A DNA stretch of 64,000 nucleotides from Candidatus Obscuribacteraceae bacterium (GCA_044226015.1 JBGAHS010000003.1:416001-480000); one strand, 5' to 3'. Numbered from the stretch's first letter, positions 29,361-39,762 are shown. Program-made: numbers and translations. The notes: a model not told the origin generated them from the sequence alone.

Positions 29361-30014
29361 GTGAATCAGGAACTCATCTCAGAGCTGCAAAATTCAGTTG
29401 AAAAATCATTCAGTGCCAACAAGAAAAATCGTTTTGTGCTGGGAATTTGCGGAGCACCAGGTGTCGGCAAGAGCACACTTGCAGATTGGATTGTCAGCAC
29501 ATGGAACAGCATTAGACCTAACTCTGCCGTGCTTTTACCTATGGATGGCTACCATCGTTCAAACAAAGAGCTAGAGCAAATGGGACTTCTGCCACTAAAA
29601 GGCATTCCCGCTAGCTTTAACTCGGAAGCGTTTTTGGCTAAGCTAAAGAATGTTCATTCAGCTCCAGCAGAGGTGCATCTCTGTCCAAAATTCGACCGCA
29701 GCATTGAAGCCTCAATCGACGATGCTATAGCAATCAAGCCCCATCATGAGCTGGTTGTCGTGGAAGGCAACTATCTGTTGTTAAATCAACCGCCATGGAA
29801 CGAAGTATGCCAGTTTCTTGATGAATCCTGGTTCTTGGACTGTAACGAAGACTTGATTCTTCCAAGACTGATAAGCAGGCACGAGTCCGCAGGAAAAACC
29901 GAACAACAAGCTAGAGCGAAAGTAGAGTCCACCGACCTACCCAATGCCAGACTTGTTCACGAGAGCCGAACAAACGCGTCCAAACTGATATCTGCGAAAC
30001 TTCTCTCAAACTAG
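29361..30014 (+). CDS. P-loop kinase of the uridine/pantothenate kinase family (YggC-like)
   Basis: GAPGVGKST, MDGYH and VEGNYLL motifs. Confidence 0.85.
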   Translation: MNQELISELQNSVEKSFSANKKNRFVLGICGAPGVGKSTLADWIVSTWNSIRPNSAVLLPMDGYHRSNKELEQMGLLPLKGIPASFNSEAFLAKLKNVHSAPAEVHLCPKFDRSIEASIDDAIAIKPHHELVVVEGNYLLLNQPPWNEVCQFLDESWFLDCNEDLILPRLISRHESAGKTEQQARAKVESTDLPNARLVHESRTNASKLISAKLLSN

Positions 30015-30140
30015 TCGATGAACACAAGCTGTTCAACAAATGAATACAGACTATATTTAAGGCAACAATGACTTGTCATTCGTTGATCATTTGCATCTGG
30101 ATTTCTAAACTTCATGCAGTAATCAAAGTAGGTCTCAGTC

Positions 30141-31136
30141 ATGAAGTCAAAAGCCGATAAGCAAATAAAAGAGAAAGAAAAGAGCAAAATCGAAGAAGAA
30201 GGCGGCAAAGAAAAAGACCACAAAGACAAAAATAAGGACAAAAAGAGCGAGAAGAACGAGAAGAGCGAGAAAAAGCACAAGAAGAAATTAAAGCACTTCA
30301 AAGTAACAACGGTTGAAAGCACTTCTTCAAACAGTTCTCAGTCCCAGCAGGGTTACGCCTTGTCACACACCATTTCATCACCAATATTTCGCGCGCCTGC
30401 ATTTGGCGGTGAATCAGAGACGAAAAACAAAAATGGCAGAGACCTTGCACTAACGCAACAACTTTTCTCCGCTCTGTTCAGCCAGCATCCCTGGCATGGT
30501 GCGTCTCCGGGCGAGGAAGTCCCACAAAAGGTAAGCGCTTACATCGAAATAGTTCCAACCGACAGCGTCAAATATGAGTTGGATAAGAACTCAGGACTTC
30601 TAAAAATTGACCGACCACATCGATTCTCAAGCACCTGCCCATCGCTCTATGGATTCATTCCACAGACTTATTGTGGAAAGCATGTAGCGGAACGCTGCAG
30701 TGAACACACTGGAAAAGATGATATCGTGGGTGATGGCGATCCACTCGATATTTGCGTTCTCACCAGCAAGCCTATTACACATGGAGACATTCTCGTTCAC
30801 TGCATTCCAATCGGCGGATTCAGAATGTTAGATGGCAATGAAGCAGATGACAAAATCATCGCAGTTCTCGAAAACGACCCGGTATACGGAGAGTACAGAG
30901 AGCTGAAAGATTGCCCCAAACAGCTTATAGATCCGCTCAGGCACTATTTTTTGACCTACAAACAAATTCCAGTTCGCGAAGAAAATGCAACAGTAGAAAT
31001 ATCCGAACTTTACGATCGCAAAGAAGCACACGAGATTATCGAACGAAGCATCAAAGATTACATCGAAGGCTTCGGCGAACCCAACGAACGAATCGAACAG
31101 TTATCCAGGATCCTAGCCCCTCATATAGTGAGTTGA
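30141..31136 (+). CDS. ppa: Inorganic pyrophosphatase (family I) with Lys/Glu-rich N-terminal extension
   Basis: HPWHG, KYELDK, YGFIPQT, DGDPLD and DDKIIAV motifs; start uncertain. Confidence 0.92.
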   Translation: MKSKADKQIKEKEKSKIEEEGGKEKDHKDKNKDKKSEKNEKSEKKHKKKLKHFKVTTVESTSSNSSQSQQGYALSHTISSPIFRAPAFGGESETKNKNGRDLALTQQLFSALFSQHPWHGASPGEEVPQKVSAYIEIVPTDSVKYELDKNSGLLKIDRPHRFSSTCPSLYGFIPQTYCGKHVAERCSEHTGKDDIVGDGDPLDICVLTSKPITHGDILVHCIPIGGFRMLDGNEADDKIIAVLENDPVYGEYRELKDCPKQLIDPLRHYFLTYKQIPVREENATVEISELYDRKEAHEIIERSIKDYIEGFGEPNERIEQLSRILAPHIVS

Positions 31137-31139
31137 ATT

Positions 31140-31682
31140 ATGCCTAACGCAAAAAAAATACTCACACTGTCAACAACTAGAGAGCCACACATTGAGCCTC
31201 CGAAGTTCCTCGAAGTCGCTACTGCAGATTTGCCTATCTATCGTAAATTGATAGATGCAGCAAAAACAGCTAGCAAGGACGCATACCAACCGTACTCGAA
31301 GTACAGCGTAGGAGCGGCAGTACTTAGCTTTGACGGAGAAATCTATTCGGGCTTCAACATTGAAAATTGTGGTTATTCTCAGACGATTCATGCCGAAGAG
31401 TCCGCAGTGACCAACGCACTGGCAAACGGGCTGATGAAGAGAGCCGCAGAAGCCGGGGTGAGTCAGTTTGATGCAATTCTTGCAGTCGCAGTGCATACGC
31501 CAGCTGGAAGCGACCCATGGCCGTGCTGCAATTGCCGTCAATTTCTCGGTGAGTTCGGTTACAAGATGCACATCATAGGCGAAGATGATAATGACGAGAT
31601 TCTCTGCCTAACTCTGGGCCAGCTAGTTCCCTTCGCCTTTCCGATCGAAGTGGTGCTTGCTAGTGTCCGGGGAAAGAACTGA
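31140..31682 (+). CDS. cdd: Cytidine deaminase
   Basis: PYS.Y.VGAA, NIEN, HAE and PCxxCRQ zinc motifs. Confidence 0.9.
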   Translation: MPNAKKILTLSTTREPHIEPPKFLEVATADLPIYRKLIDAAKTASKDAYQPYSKYSVGAAVLSFDGEIYSGFNIENCGYSQTIHAEESAVTNALANGLMKRAAEAGVSQFDAILAVAVHTPAGSDPWPCCNCRQFLGEFGYKMHIIGEDDNDEILCLTLGQLVPFAFPIEVVLASVRGKN

Positions 31683-31841
31683 TTCTTACCAATTCGTAAG
31701 CCAAGATGACGCTGGGCCAACCGTTTCTAGTAAACTTGCCTATTTCAGAATTAACTGCGGGGCTTACGTAGGCGACTCTTTCCAAACAGAAGAAGCTGTG
31801 TAAGATAGTCTACACGGTTGGAATTTGCTGGAGCCTTAATC

Positions 31842-32369
31842 ATGGGCTTTGATTTAGAGAACTCAGTGGAGCGTTTACTCGCCCCTGCAGACATAACGCA
31901 TAGCTGGCTAGACGAGCCAATAGCTTTTCGTAGCTTGCAAGTTTCCTCAGATAACTTGCACGGACTGCAATTGCCAATTCTCAAACTTGACCGAAATGAC
32001 TCTTGCAGCACAGCGTCGAGCGAGAGACTCGGCGCGGCTCTTTCCGATCCATGGGCTGTCGCACCCGGATTCACTGGTCTTGTGTTTGGAGCTACAGCTG
32101 GTACCCTCTCAAAACATCTGGCACTTAATCCTCTGTCTTCAGACAGAGGATTCCGAATTGGGCGAGCGGGTGTCATCTGGGGACTTGCTGGATTCGCAGC
32201 AAATTATCTTGGTGGTGCAGCCGCAGCGTACCTGAGCAATACTGGCGACAAACAAGAACTCTGCATGAGAAATCGAGAAATAGGATCGTTACGAACGCAG
32301 ATTCAACTGCAACAGAATCAGCTCAACACGCTTTCTCAATCTGTCGAAAAATTGCTGGAAAAGAAATGA
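31842..32369 (+). CDS. Hypothetical protein with glycine-zipper-like TMs and C-terminal coiled coil
   Basis: GGAG RBS, Gly-rich hydrophobic segments, Gln/Leu heptads. Confidence 0.6.
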   Translation: MGFDLENSVERLLAPADITHSWLDEPIAFRSLQVSSDNLHGLQLPILKLDRNDSCSTASSERLGAALSDPWAVAPGFTGLVFGATAGTLSKHLALNPLSSDRGFRIGRAGVIWGLAGFAANYLGGAAAAYLSNTGDKQELCMRNREIGSLRTQIQLQQNQLNTLSQSVEKLLEKK

Positions 32370-32593
32370 TTGGCTGAAAACGCCGCATTCCAAAACAGCG
32401 ATCACACTTAATTCAAAGTCTAAACTTTGACTAGATCACGACGCAAAACCAAATCATCCGCCAGCACATTATTTTCTCATTGTACGACACAGCGTAGTAT
32501 AAATCGCACAAAAGATGAAAACCCCTGCTAAAGGGGCTTTCATCCAACAGGAAGGAGTAGAAAACTCCGCCCGTTTTAATTGGCGAACGCGTT

Positions 32594-32809
32594 TCATTCC
32601 CGAGGGCGCAGATAGTCCGCAAGCATCATCACAGCGGGGAAGAAGCAGAGAATTGCGCTGAGTGGCAGCATTCGCCACATTTCCGCAAAGCTCATCTCGC
32701 CTTCAGTGGACATGTACATCATGAGGTTGAGAACCAGAACGAGTCCGGCCCAACCCAGAAGTCCCATGCCGAGAGCAGACAAACATGACCGTAGCTTTTC
32801 GTAATTCAT
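32594..32809 (-). CDS. Small 2-TM membrane protein
   Basis: GAGGA RBS before MNYEKL; two hydrophobic helices. Confidence 0.55.
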   Translation of the reverse strand: MNYEKLRSCLSALGMGLLGWAGLVLVLNLMMYMSTEGEMSFAEMWRMLPLSAILCFFPAVMMLADYLRPRE

Positions 32810-32916
32810 AGAATCCTCAGAGTTAGAAAGCAGGTAAGTGATACCTGGTGCCGACGCGACACCAGATACAGTGGCAAGAAGGAGCATCCCTGCTCCTTCT
32901 TGTAAGCAAGACCGAC

Positions 32917-34263
32917 TTAGCGAACCCCGCCCATCAGGCTGCGGAGCTTCGGCGAAAGACAAGCAAGCAACGCGCTTGCCGCCACCAGTGCAAGCGCCAT
33001 ACCTCCGAAGAGGACGACATTCTGCGCTGGCTCAGCTTCATTGAAGAAGCTCGAAAGGTAGCCTGCCAGGAAGTTTCCTAACGACACCGACAGAAACCAG
33101 ATGCCGAGGGTAAGCCCAGCAAAACGTTTTGGAGCGAGCTGGTCCACAGTACGCAGCCCGACTGGCGAGAACATCATCTCCCCAACCACTTCGAGAAAGA
33201 AGATGACCGCAAGCCAGACTGGGCTGATTTTTCCCTGAGCAGCAAAGTACATAGCTGGCACGGCGACCGCAATCCCCAAGCCCAGAGAAAGCAGCCCGAG
33301 ACTGAACTTGATTGGACTCGAAGGCTCACGATTACGCTTGCCTAACGCCAACCAGATGGCAGCAAACACAGGAGTAAGCACCAGCACGAACACAGCCTGC
33401 AATGTCTGGAACCAGCTGGAAGGAAAGCTCCAACCAAAGATTTCAGTCACCACGTGGCTCTGCGCAAAAACATTCAAGCTGGCACCACCTTGCTCATAAA
33501 CTGCCCAGAACAGCGCGCTGAAGAAGAACAGAATTGCAATGACTGCAATCCGTTTCCACTCGTTGCCATCGGCGCCAGCAATCAGAGCATCTTCTTGCGC
33601 CTTAAGCTGCTTGAAGCGGCTCTTGTGCGCAACGAGTTGCACAATGCCAAAGAGCATGCCAACGCCAGCCGCGGCGAACCCCAAGTGCCAGCCCAGGTTC
33701 GGGTCGAGTCCGCATTCCGCAAGCTTGTTGCGAACCCAGGGACTCTGAGCCAAAAAACCACAGACCAGTGGAGCCAGCGTCGCACCGACATTGATGCCCA
33801 TGTAGTAAATTGCAAAGCCGCTGTCACTGCGCTTGTCGTCCTTGCTGTAGAGCGAGCCGACCAGGCGCGTGATGTTAGGCTTCAACAATCCGGTACCGAG
33901 CACGATGAGCACCAACGCCGCATAGAACGCACTCACACCGTGGAACATCATCACGAAGTGCCCGAGCGCGATGACGATGCCACCAATAAGCACTGCGTTC
34001 CACGACCCGAGCCAGCGATCACCAATCAAGCCGCCGGGCATCGCCATTAAGTATACAGCGCTGCCGTAGAGACCGAAGATGAGCGAAGCTTGCGCTTGAG
34101 TGAGTCCGAGACCGCCTTCTTGAATAGCGGCGAGCATGAAGAGCATCAAGATTGCTTTCATGCCGTAGAACGAGAAGCGCTCCCACATTTCTGTGAAGAA
34201 CAGTGTGCTGAGTCCAGCCGGATGGCTCTTGAAGAACCCCGTCGTACGAGTTTCCATTTGCAT
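32917..34263 (-). CDS. Proton-dependent oligopeptide transporter (POT/PTR family)
   Basis: TEMWERFSFYGM, GTGLLKPN, FAIYYMGINVG and GEMMFSPVG motifs. Confidence 0.95.
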   Translation of the reverse strand: MQMETRTTGFFKSHPAGLSTLFFTEMWERFSFYGMKAILMLFMLAAIQEGGLGLTQAQASLIFGLYGSAVYLMAMPGGLIGDRWLGSWNAVLIGGIVIALGHFVMMFHGVSAFYAALVLIVLGTGLLKPNITRLVGSLYSKDDKRSDSGFAIYYMGINVGATLAPLVCGFLAQSPWVRNKLAECGLDPNLGWHLGFAAAGVGMLFGIVQLVAHKSRFKQLKAQEDALIAGADGNEWKRIAVIAILFFFSALFWAVYEQGGASLNVFAQSHVVTEIFGWSFPSSWFQTLQAVFVLVLTPVFAAIWLALGKRNREPSSPIKFSLGLLSLGLGIAVAVPAMYFAAQGKISPVWLAVIFFLEVVGEMMFSPVGLRTVDQLAPKRFAGLTLGIWFLSVSLGNFLAGYLSSFFNEAEPAQNVVLFGGMALALVAASALLACLSPKLRSLMGGVR

Positions 34264-34704
34264 TTCTCCGAGAGAAAGAAGGTTCGAGTGCTGCGAGCAC
34301 TCAAGTCAGAAACAGTCAATAACGCCTTCACCCAATGAAAGCGCTACACATTTGGTTCAAGCAGGACATGTTCCCAATGCGAAAAATGCGCATTGAGAAT
34401 AGTGTTTTGTTTTCAGTTGCTGATGTTTGAGGGTGCCTTGTGCTAGAGGTTTGGAAATGATGGGTATGAGTCCACCCTATAGGATTTGGGCGCTGTGCCC
34501 TAGGACTACTGGCGTAAGGACACGAAATTCAGCTGCTTTACCTTAACGCGAACCTAACGTCAGCTCTCATTAGATCGAATAATTCCAACTAGCGAGCTTG
34601 AGCATGCTTTTAACTTTTCCAGTTTGGTCAGGTTTTGGTTAAGTTCTTCTTTTATTCTCCTGAACATAACGAAGGCGCGGGACGACCCTCTGGAGGATTA
34701 ATCA

Positions 34705-34984
34705 ATGAACGACATGGAAATCAACGAAAAAAAACGAAGCTACCGAACGCAAAACAGATGCCACAGGTGTCAATAAATCACTAGATTTCGTCGACCTTTT
34801 GAGATCAGAAGCCTCGAATTTATCGTCCCGAGGCAACACATTCATGAGCGATAAGGTTCTACCGCAGCTCCAGATAGAAGGACTCTCAGGTTCAGGAAGC
34901 GCAGCCCGCTCTGCGGGGGAAGCTAGCATCGAGCACAAGCAGAAAGAACATTCGACTACGAAAATAACGTCGGAAAGACTGTGA
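34705..34984 (+). pseudogene. Small ORF interrupted by a +1 frameshift in an A8 tract
   Basis: TGGAGG RBS and ATG at 34705; this frame stops early, but deleting one A of 34727-34734 joins it to ORF 34799-34984. Confidence 0.5.
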
Positions 34985-35349
34985 GCGAGATTCACTAATC
35001 GAACGAATCTTCAGATTTTAAAGATCCACCGGGCAAATTCCCTGTGGATCTTTTCATGACACCATATTCAGTGCGGTCGACAGCAATACAATGCCGATCG
35101 CCAAGCTCACATACAGACTTTCTGAACTGCTTCTCCATCCAAACACTATGTCAAAATTACTCGAACTCAAAATCAGTAGCCTGAGCAGCAGATGACCTGC
35201 TGTGAGACGAAGATCTGGGCTACAGTTAAAACAAAAAAAACAACCATTCACTATACTGTTTAGTATTACAAACAAAAAAAAACAAAGAGCCAGGCATCAA
35301 CCGCGTCTGCGCCTTTCGGCAACAAATGCAGTGACACCCAGCTCAATGT

Positions 35350-36054
35350 TCAGGCAACCAGTTCCGGCACCAAGTATTCGTGCTCGAGAACCAGCTTCTT
35401 GCCCTTACGCACATAGACGCAGACCGAGCAGTTCGGAATCTTCTTGGTCTCTTCGAGATGGCAGGCTTCCGCCTCTGTGAGCGACTCCAGAAGTTTGCGC
35501 AGAACGATGATCACCTGCGAGTGAGTCACGATGACAAGGTTCTCGTCGGCGTGCTGCTCGAGATGATGCTTGAGCGCGGGCTTCAGGCGTTTCTTCACAT
35601 CACGAAGACTTTCGCCGCCCCTTGCAGGACGATAGCGAAATTCCCCGAGTCGCTTGCGTCGAGCCGCCTCTTCAGGGAAAAGCCGGTGATAGCCAGCGCG
35701 GGTGAGACCGCCGATGACACCCCATTTCTTCTCGATGAAGCGCTCGTCAAAACCGACTTCGACCTCGAGTCCGCCGTGCTCGACAAGACCAGCAGCGGTC
35801 TGACGAGTACGAAGATGGGTCGAGGAAACGACACGGGTCGGCTTGTGCTCTGCCGGCAGGCTGCCCATCCAGCGCGCCAGGTTTTTGACCTGACTGTGTC
35901 CGACCTCGACGATGGGAGCCTGGTCTTCGGGCATGGGCAATTCGAAAGTATCAACACCGAGGTGTTCCGCCTGCTCCAACGCTTCGTTGGCGAGGCTACG
36001 TGCATGCCGAACGACATAGAGTCGCTTTGGCAGCTTCAGTCTTTTTCTTTTCAT
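35350..36054 (-). CDS. Histidine phosphatase (phosphoglycerate mutase-like) family protein
   Basis: VRHA.S.AN, SS.HLRT.QTA, E..WG, GGES and IVTH motifs. Confidence 0.9.
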   Translation of the reverse strand: MKRKRLKLPKRLYVVRHARSLANEALEQAEHLGVDTFELPMPEDQAPIVEVGHSQVKNLARWMGSLPAEHKPTRVVSSTHLRTRQTAAGLVEHGGLEVEVGFDERFIEKKWGVIGGLTRAGYHRLFPEEAARRKRLGEFRYRPARGGESLRDVKKRLKPALKHHLEQHADENLVIVTHSQVIIVLRKLLESLTEAEACHLEETKKIPNCSVCVYVRKGKKLVLEHEYLVPELVA

Positions 36055-36231
36055 GTTAGGGTTCCTTCAAAGCGTGTTAAACAGCACTTCGAGGTGACCC
36101 CCGTACGCACTGTTGAGCGGTCGCCTGCAAAAACGCTGGCGACCGCTCAGGTCAAATCCGAGATGAAAACCGGAATGGACGAATCCGCGCCCGGTTAAAA
36201 TGTTCATCCCGACGCAGGGGCCGAATGACGC

Positions 36232-36600
36232 CTAGCGATAGGCGCGGTCGAAGCGGTGGTTGTTGTCGGGCATGTGGAAGAAGCTCATCTTCCCGTCGGC
36301 GCCGTAGCGCACGAGCGCGCCCGAGCCGAAGTCGTCACCGTTGCCGGCGGCGACCTCGTTGTCGAAATCGGTGTCCTCGCGGCGGAAGCTGTCCGACACG
36401 AGCGCGCCGGCGTGACCCGAACGGGCCGCCAGCACGGCGTCGCGGGTCTCGCGCTCCACGATGGCCAGCATCGCCTCGCGACGGAGGTTCGGCTCGGAGT
36501 CGCGGGAGCGCTCGAAGCTGCCGACCTTGTTGCGGATGAGCTTGCCATGGCGGGTGCGGAGGCCACGGAACTGCTTGCCGATGAGGTTATCGAACTTCAT
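36232..36600 (-). CDS. Hypothetical protein (high GC)
   Basis: GGAG RBS, strong codon bias, lies within the cassette. Confidence 0.65.
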   Translation of the reverse strand: MKFDNLIGKQFRGLRTRHGKLIRNKVGSFERSRDSEPNLRREAMLAIVERETRDAVLAARSGHAGALVSDSFRREDTDFDNEVAAGNGDDFGSGALVRYGADGKMSFFHMPDNNHRFDRAYR

Positions 36601-36803
36601 TTACTTTTCTCCGATTTTCGATTGATTGGAAGAGTGAGACCGCGGGGCCTCACAACATCAAGAACAGAGCAGAGACAGCGCCATTTCTGACGCTGTCTCG
36701 CCCTGCATTAGCAGAAAGTGCCACTCGAGGAGGCACGACGACCCGAGAGCATGGACGGACGAGATTTACTTCGTCAGAACATGCTCCCCCACTAGTGGGT
36801 CAA

Positions 36804-38672
36804 TCACTCAGTTTCTTCGTGGAGAGCGCCTTCCGAATCCGGATTGCGGACAGCTCCCTTGTTCGGCTCTTGCAGCTCAAAGAGCAGCGAGAGAAGAACC
36901 GTCGCGTAGGCACCAGAGGGCAGGTCGAAGGTAATGTCGACCACCGTGGTGTCCACCTCGTCAATCACTTCACTGCCGACGCTGTACTCCAGGTTGTCGA
37001 CACGCATGAACGCCTTGCGCCAGGGAGTGTTACCCCGAGGACGCAGGAACTGCTCTGTGACGAAGGCGTCCGCCTTGTTCAGATCAGCCATGCCCTGAGC
37101 GCAGTAGGCAAGCCGCCCGTAATACTCGCGAGATTGCGGCGAGTCCATGAGCATCGGAATGCCTTTCTCGAGAAGATTGAAACGGCGAATCTTCTCCTCG
37201 AGCTTGCACTTACGGCATCGTTCCCAGCGCTTGTGGCAGCGGGCAGGTTGCGTCTCCGACTCCTCGACCGCGCAGGTGCATTGAAGCGATGGCAACTCAT
37301 TGCGAGCGGACATCGCTTCTTCAGCCTCACGGGTCCAGTGCGGAAGCTTCTTCGCCAGCACCTGGTTCCACCACCACGACTGCCAGGCAGCCACCCACAT
37401 GGAGACCTCCTCGTGCATCGAGCGCACGACTTCCTCGAAGTCTCCACGGTAGCGCTCGATGTCGGCGAGACGCTCGGCGATTTTGAACTCGACCGACATG
37501 TTCAGGGCGCGATGCTGGCGGTCAAGCCGTTGCACCATACCCGGGAAGTCGTAGAGCCAGCACGCCTCGATATCACGCCGCAGCTTCTCGGCACCTTCGT
37601 TCTCGCGCCCCGAGGTCTCATGGAGAAACCGGTAGAGCGCAGCCTCCGAAGCGGAACCGAACTTGTGCACACCAGCCGGGGGCTGGTACTCACCGGTCAC
37701 GAGCGTACGTCCGTGTTTGTGACCGAGCTGTCGAGCCGCCAGTCGCTGGAAGCCGATGGCGTTTGGAATGCAGTTGTCGAACACCCCCAGCCGCTCAATC
37801 CGCGGCTTCAGATACTCGGCGACGTCACCCTGAGTTTTGTCTGCGACCACGATGCGCAGCTCGAAGCGGTTCTGCCGATGGTCTCCCTTCGACAGAGCGT
37901 TGCTTTTGGAGATGCGCACGTTGCTGAGGCGAATGTCGCAGCCGTCCCAGTTGACCGAAGCCAACTCAGAAGCCGTGACCCTTGCCACGTGCAGATAGTC
38001 GCCCCGCAGCACGAGGTCCCTTGTGGGGATGTCGCGCTTGAGCGCCGCGGAGATTCTCTGCTGCGCGCGCGAGAGGATAGCCTCGCGTGTCAGCCCACGG
38101 TCCGAGCGCAGCACCTGACCCATGGCTTCCGTGAAGACGCGATTGCGCTTCTCGTCAGCGACCGGGTGCACGCGGCGACGCGCGTCGTGCCAGCGGATGT
38201 CTTTCATAAAGAAACCAGCCCGTCCAGGGCTGTGTGGCCAGGAGAGATTTCTCATCTCTGCGACCGTCACACCGGAAATGACGACCGATTGAGCAGTGAC
38301 AGCCCAGCGGTCCTTCATCCCACAGTGTCGGATTTGCTCCGGACGAATTTCTCTTCCGAGAGCTTTCGTCAGCAGTTTCGCCAGCCAGTCGATGGCAGCC
38401 CAGGTTACGAGCTTTTCCTTGACCAGCGTGGCGATCACGATGCTATCCGCGTGGCGGCTCTGATTCAGCACGCTCGTCGGATAGTCGCTTTCCCTGCCGA
38501 TGCTGAGGAAGCGGTCCGGCAAACCAGGCACCTTTTCGCGCACGATGAAGTGGCGAGGGAAGCGCTTGGCGATAGCCGAGACACGCTGTGCCTCAGTTCC
38601 GTCGGGCGGAGCCAGGTAATTGAAGATGCTGCTCGCAACGAAGTTCTGCGAGTCATCAAAGGACGTGTCCAT
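36804..38672 (-). CDS. truD: Divergent TruD-family pseudouridine synthase with insertions
   Basis: AKRFPRHFIVRE, GMKDRWAVTAQ (catalytic Asp), GDHRQNRF, PNAIGFQR, AWQSWWWN and FDLPSGAYAT follow the TruD motif series; start MDTSF after AAAGGG. Confidence 0.8.
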   Translation of the reverse strand: MDTSFDDSQNFVASSIFNYLAPPDGTEAQRVSAIAKRFPRHFIVREKVPGLPDRFLSIGRESDYPTSVLNQSRHADSIVIATLVKEKLVTWAAIDWLAKLLTKALGREIRPEQIRHCGMKDRWAVTAQSVVISGVTVAEMRNLSWPHSPGRAGFFMKDIRWHDARRRVHPVADEKRNRVFTEAMGQVLRSDRGLTREAILSRAQQRISAALKRDIPTRDLVLRGDYLHVARVTASELASVNWDGCDIRLSNVRISKSNALSKGDHRQNRFELRIVVADKTQGDVAEYLKPRIERLGVFDNCIPNAIGFQRLAARQLGHKHGRTLVTGEYQPPAGVHKFGSASEAALYRFLHETSGRENEGAEKLRRDIEACWLYDFPGMVQRLDRQHRALNMSVEFKIAERLADIERYRGDFEEVVRSMHEEVSMWVAAWQSWWWNQVLAKKLPHWTREAEEAMSARNELPSLQCTCAVEESETQPARCHKRWERCRKCKLEEKIRRFNLLEKGIPMLMDSPQSREYYGRLAYCAQGMADLNKADAFVTEQFLRPRGNTPWRKAFMRVDNLEYSVGSEVIDEVDTTVVDITFDLPSGAYATVLLSLLFELQEPNKGAVRNPDSEGALHEETE

Positions 38673-38771
38673 AGCAGTAGCCCTTTCTGGAACGCTTCGC
38701 ACTGTTTGACAGGGCGCAGCGTAGGGTGCGAAAAGATACAAACCAGCTACGCAGCCAGTTCGGCAACCTCG

Positions 38772-39584
38772 TTAGATAGAGGTTTCGGAAGTGTAGAGAT
38801 GACGGAGCTTCCGAATAACCGGAATACCGGGAACGCGATCTGCGCAGTCGCCATACCTGTCGATGTGCACAGCGTGCAAACCGCAGTTCAGCGCACCACG
38901 AATGTCGAGGTCCGGATTGTCACCAACCATGGTGAAGTTCGCCCCAGTCGTCCCGCAACGCCGCAACGTCTCCCGATAGAACTCGGTCGACGGCTTGGCG
39001 TGCCCAAGCTCATAGCTCAGAATGAGCTGGTCGAAATCGTCCACGGAGATGCCGCCTTCTTCGACATTGAAGATTTGCGGCAAGGGGAAGGGCCAGACAT
39101 TCGAGACGAACGCCAGCTTCAACCCCATCTCCCTGAACTTCTTCAGCTCAGTGGAAACATCGAGGAACGCGCAGAGCCCATTCCTCTCATCATCTACCAG
39201 CCTCGCGAGTTCTCTTTCCGCGCCAGGCTTTGCCTCGAACCCGAGCTTGCGTTGCACCAGCCAGAGATACTCCGCCGGGTCTTCTTCGACCAGACGTTGT
39301 TCCAGACGTAGCGCATCGCGAACTCTTGCGCTGGCCGTCGTGAGACAGACATGCAAGAACTCAGGGTCAGGCGTCTTCAAGCTAGAATCGGCTTTGTAGC
39401 CACAGATAATCTGGAATTGCAGAATCGGCTCCGGGAAGGTAGCACGAAACAGCGTCTTCCAGTTATCCAGACCAAGCCACGGAGATTCGGGCGATGTGCC
39501 TGCCGCACGCGGCAGCTCCAATGCACATGCCAAAGCATTTGACAGCGGACTTTGCGGGTCCACCATCGAGTCGAACATTTTCAT
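38772..39584 (-). CDS. HAD-superfamily hydrolase (subfamily IA)
   Basis: LDNWKTL (motif I-like), VSN, KP and VGDN..LD motifs; AAAGGAG RBS. Confidence 0.82.
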   Translation of the reverse strand: MKMFDSMVDPQSPLSNALACALELPRAAGTSPESPWLGLDNWKTLFRATFPEPILQFQIICGYKADSSLKTPDPEFLHVCLTTASARVRDALRLEQRLVEEDPAEYLWLVQRKLGFEAKPGAERELARLVDDERNGLCAFLDVSTELKKFREMGLKLAFVSNVWPFPLPQIFNVEEGGISVDDFDQLILSYELGHAKPSTEFYRETLRRCGTTGANFTMVGDNPDLDIRGALNCGLHAVHIDRYGDCADRVPGIPVIRKLRHLYTSETSI

Positions 39585-39762
39585 AACAGGCTCCTTTCAA
39601 TGACGCTGAGCGTCGGGGAGCCGTCGAGTCAGAATTGCTTGACCGACGGTTACTTAGTCAGGAGAACCCTCCTTGTGAAAGAAACGAGTTTGCCGATTTG
39701 GCAAGTTTGAGCACACGGGGAAGGCGCAGAAAGCGCCTTTCCCGCTGAGCTCGGAGTTGTTG

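Noticed and set aside
34680..34700. Glycine riboswitch (GGACGACCCTCTGGAG resembles its linker)
   Set aside because: The aptamer cores are absent; the GGAGG is better explained as an RBS.
36795..39311. 838-aa plus-strand ORF
   Set aside because: Antisense shadow of the GC-rich TruD-like and HAD genes, which carry the recognisable motifs.
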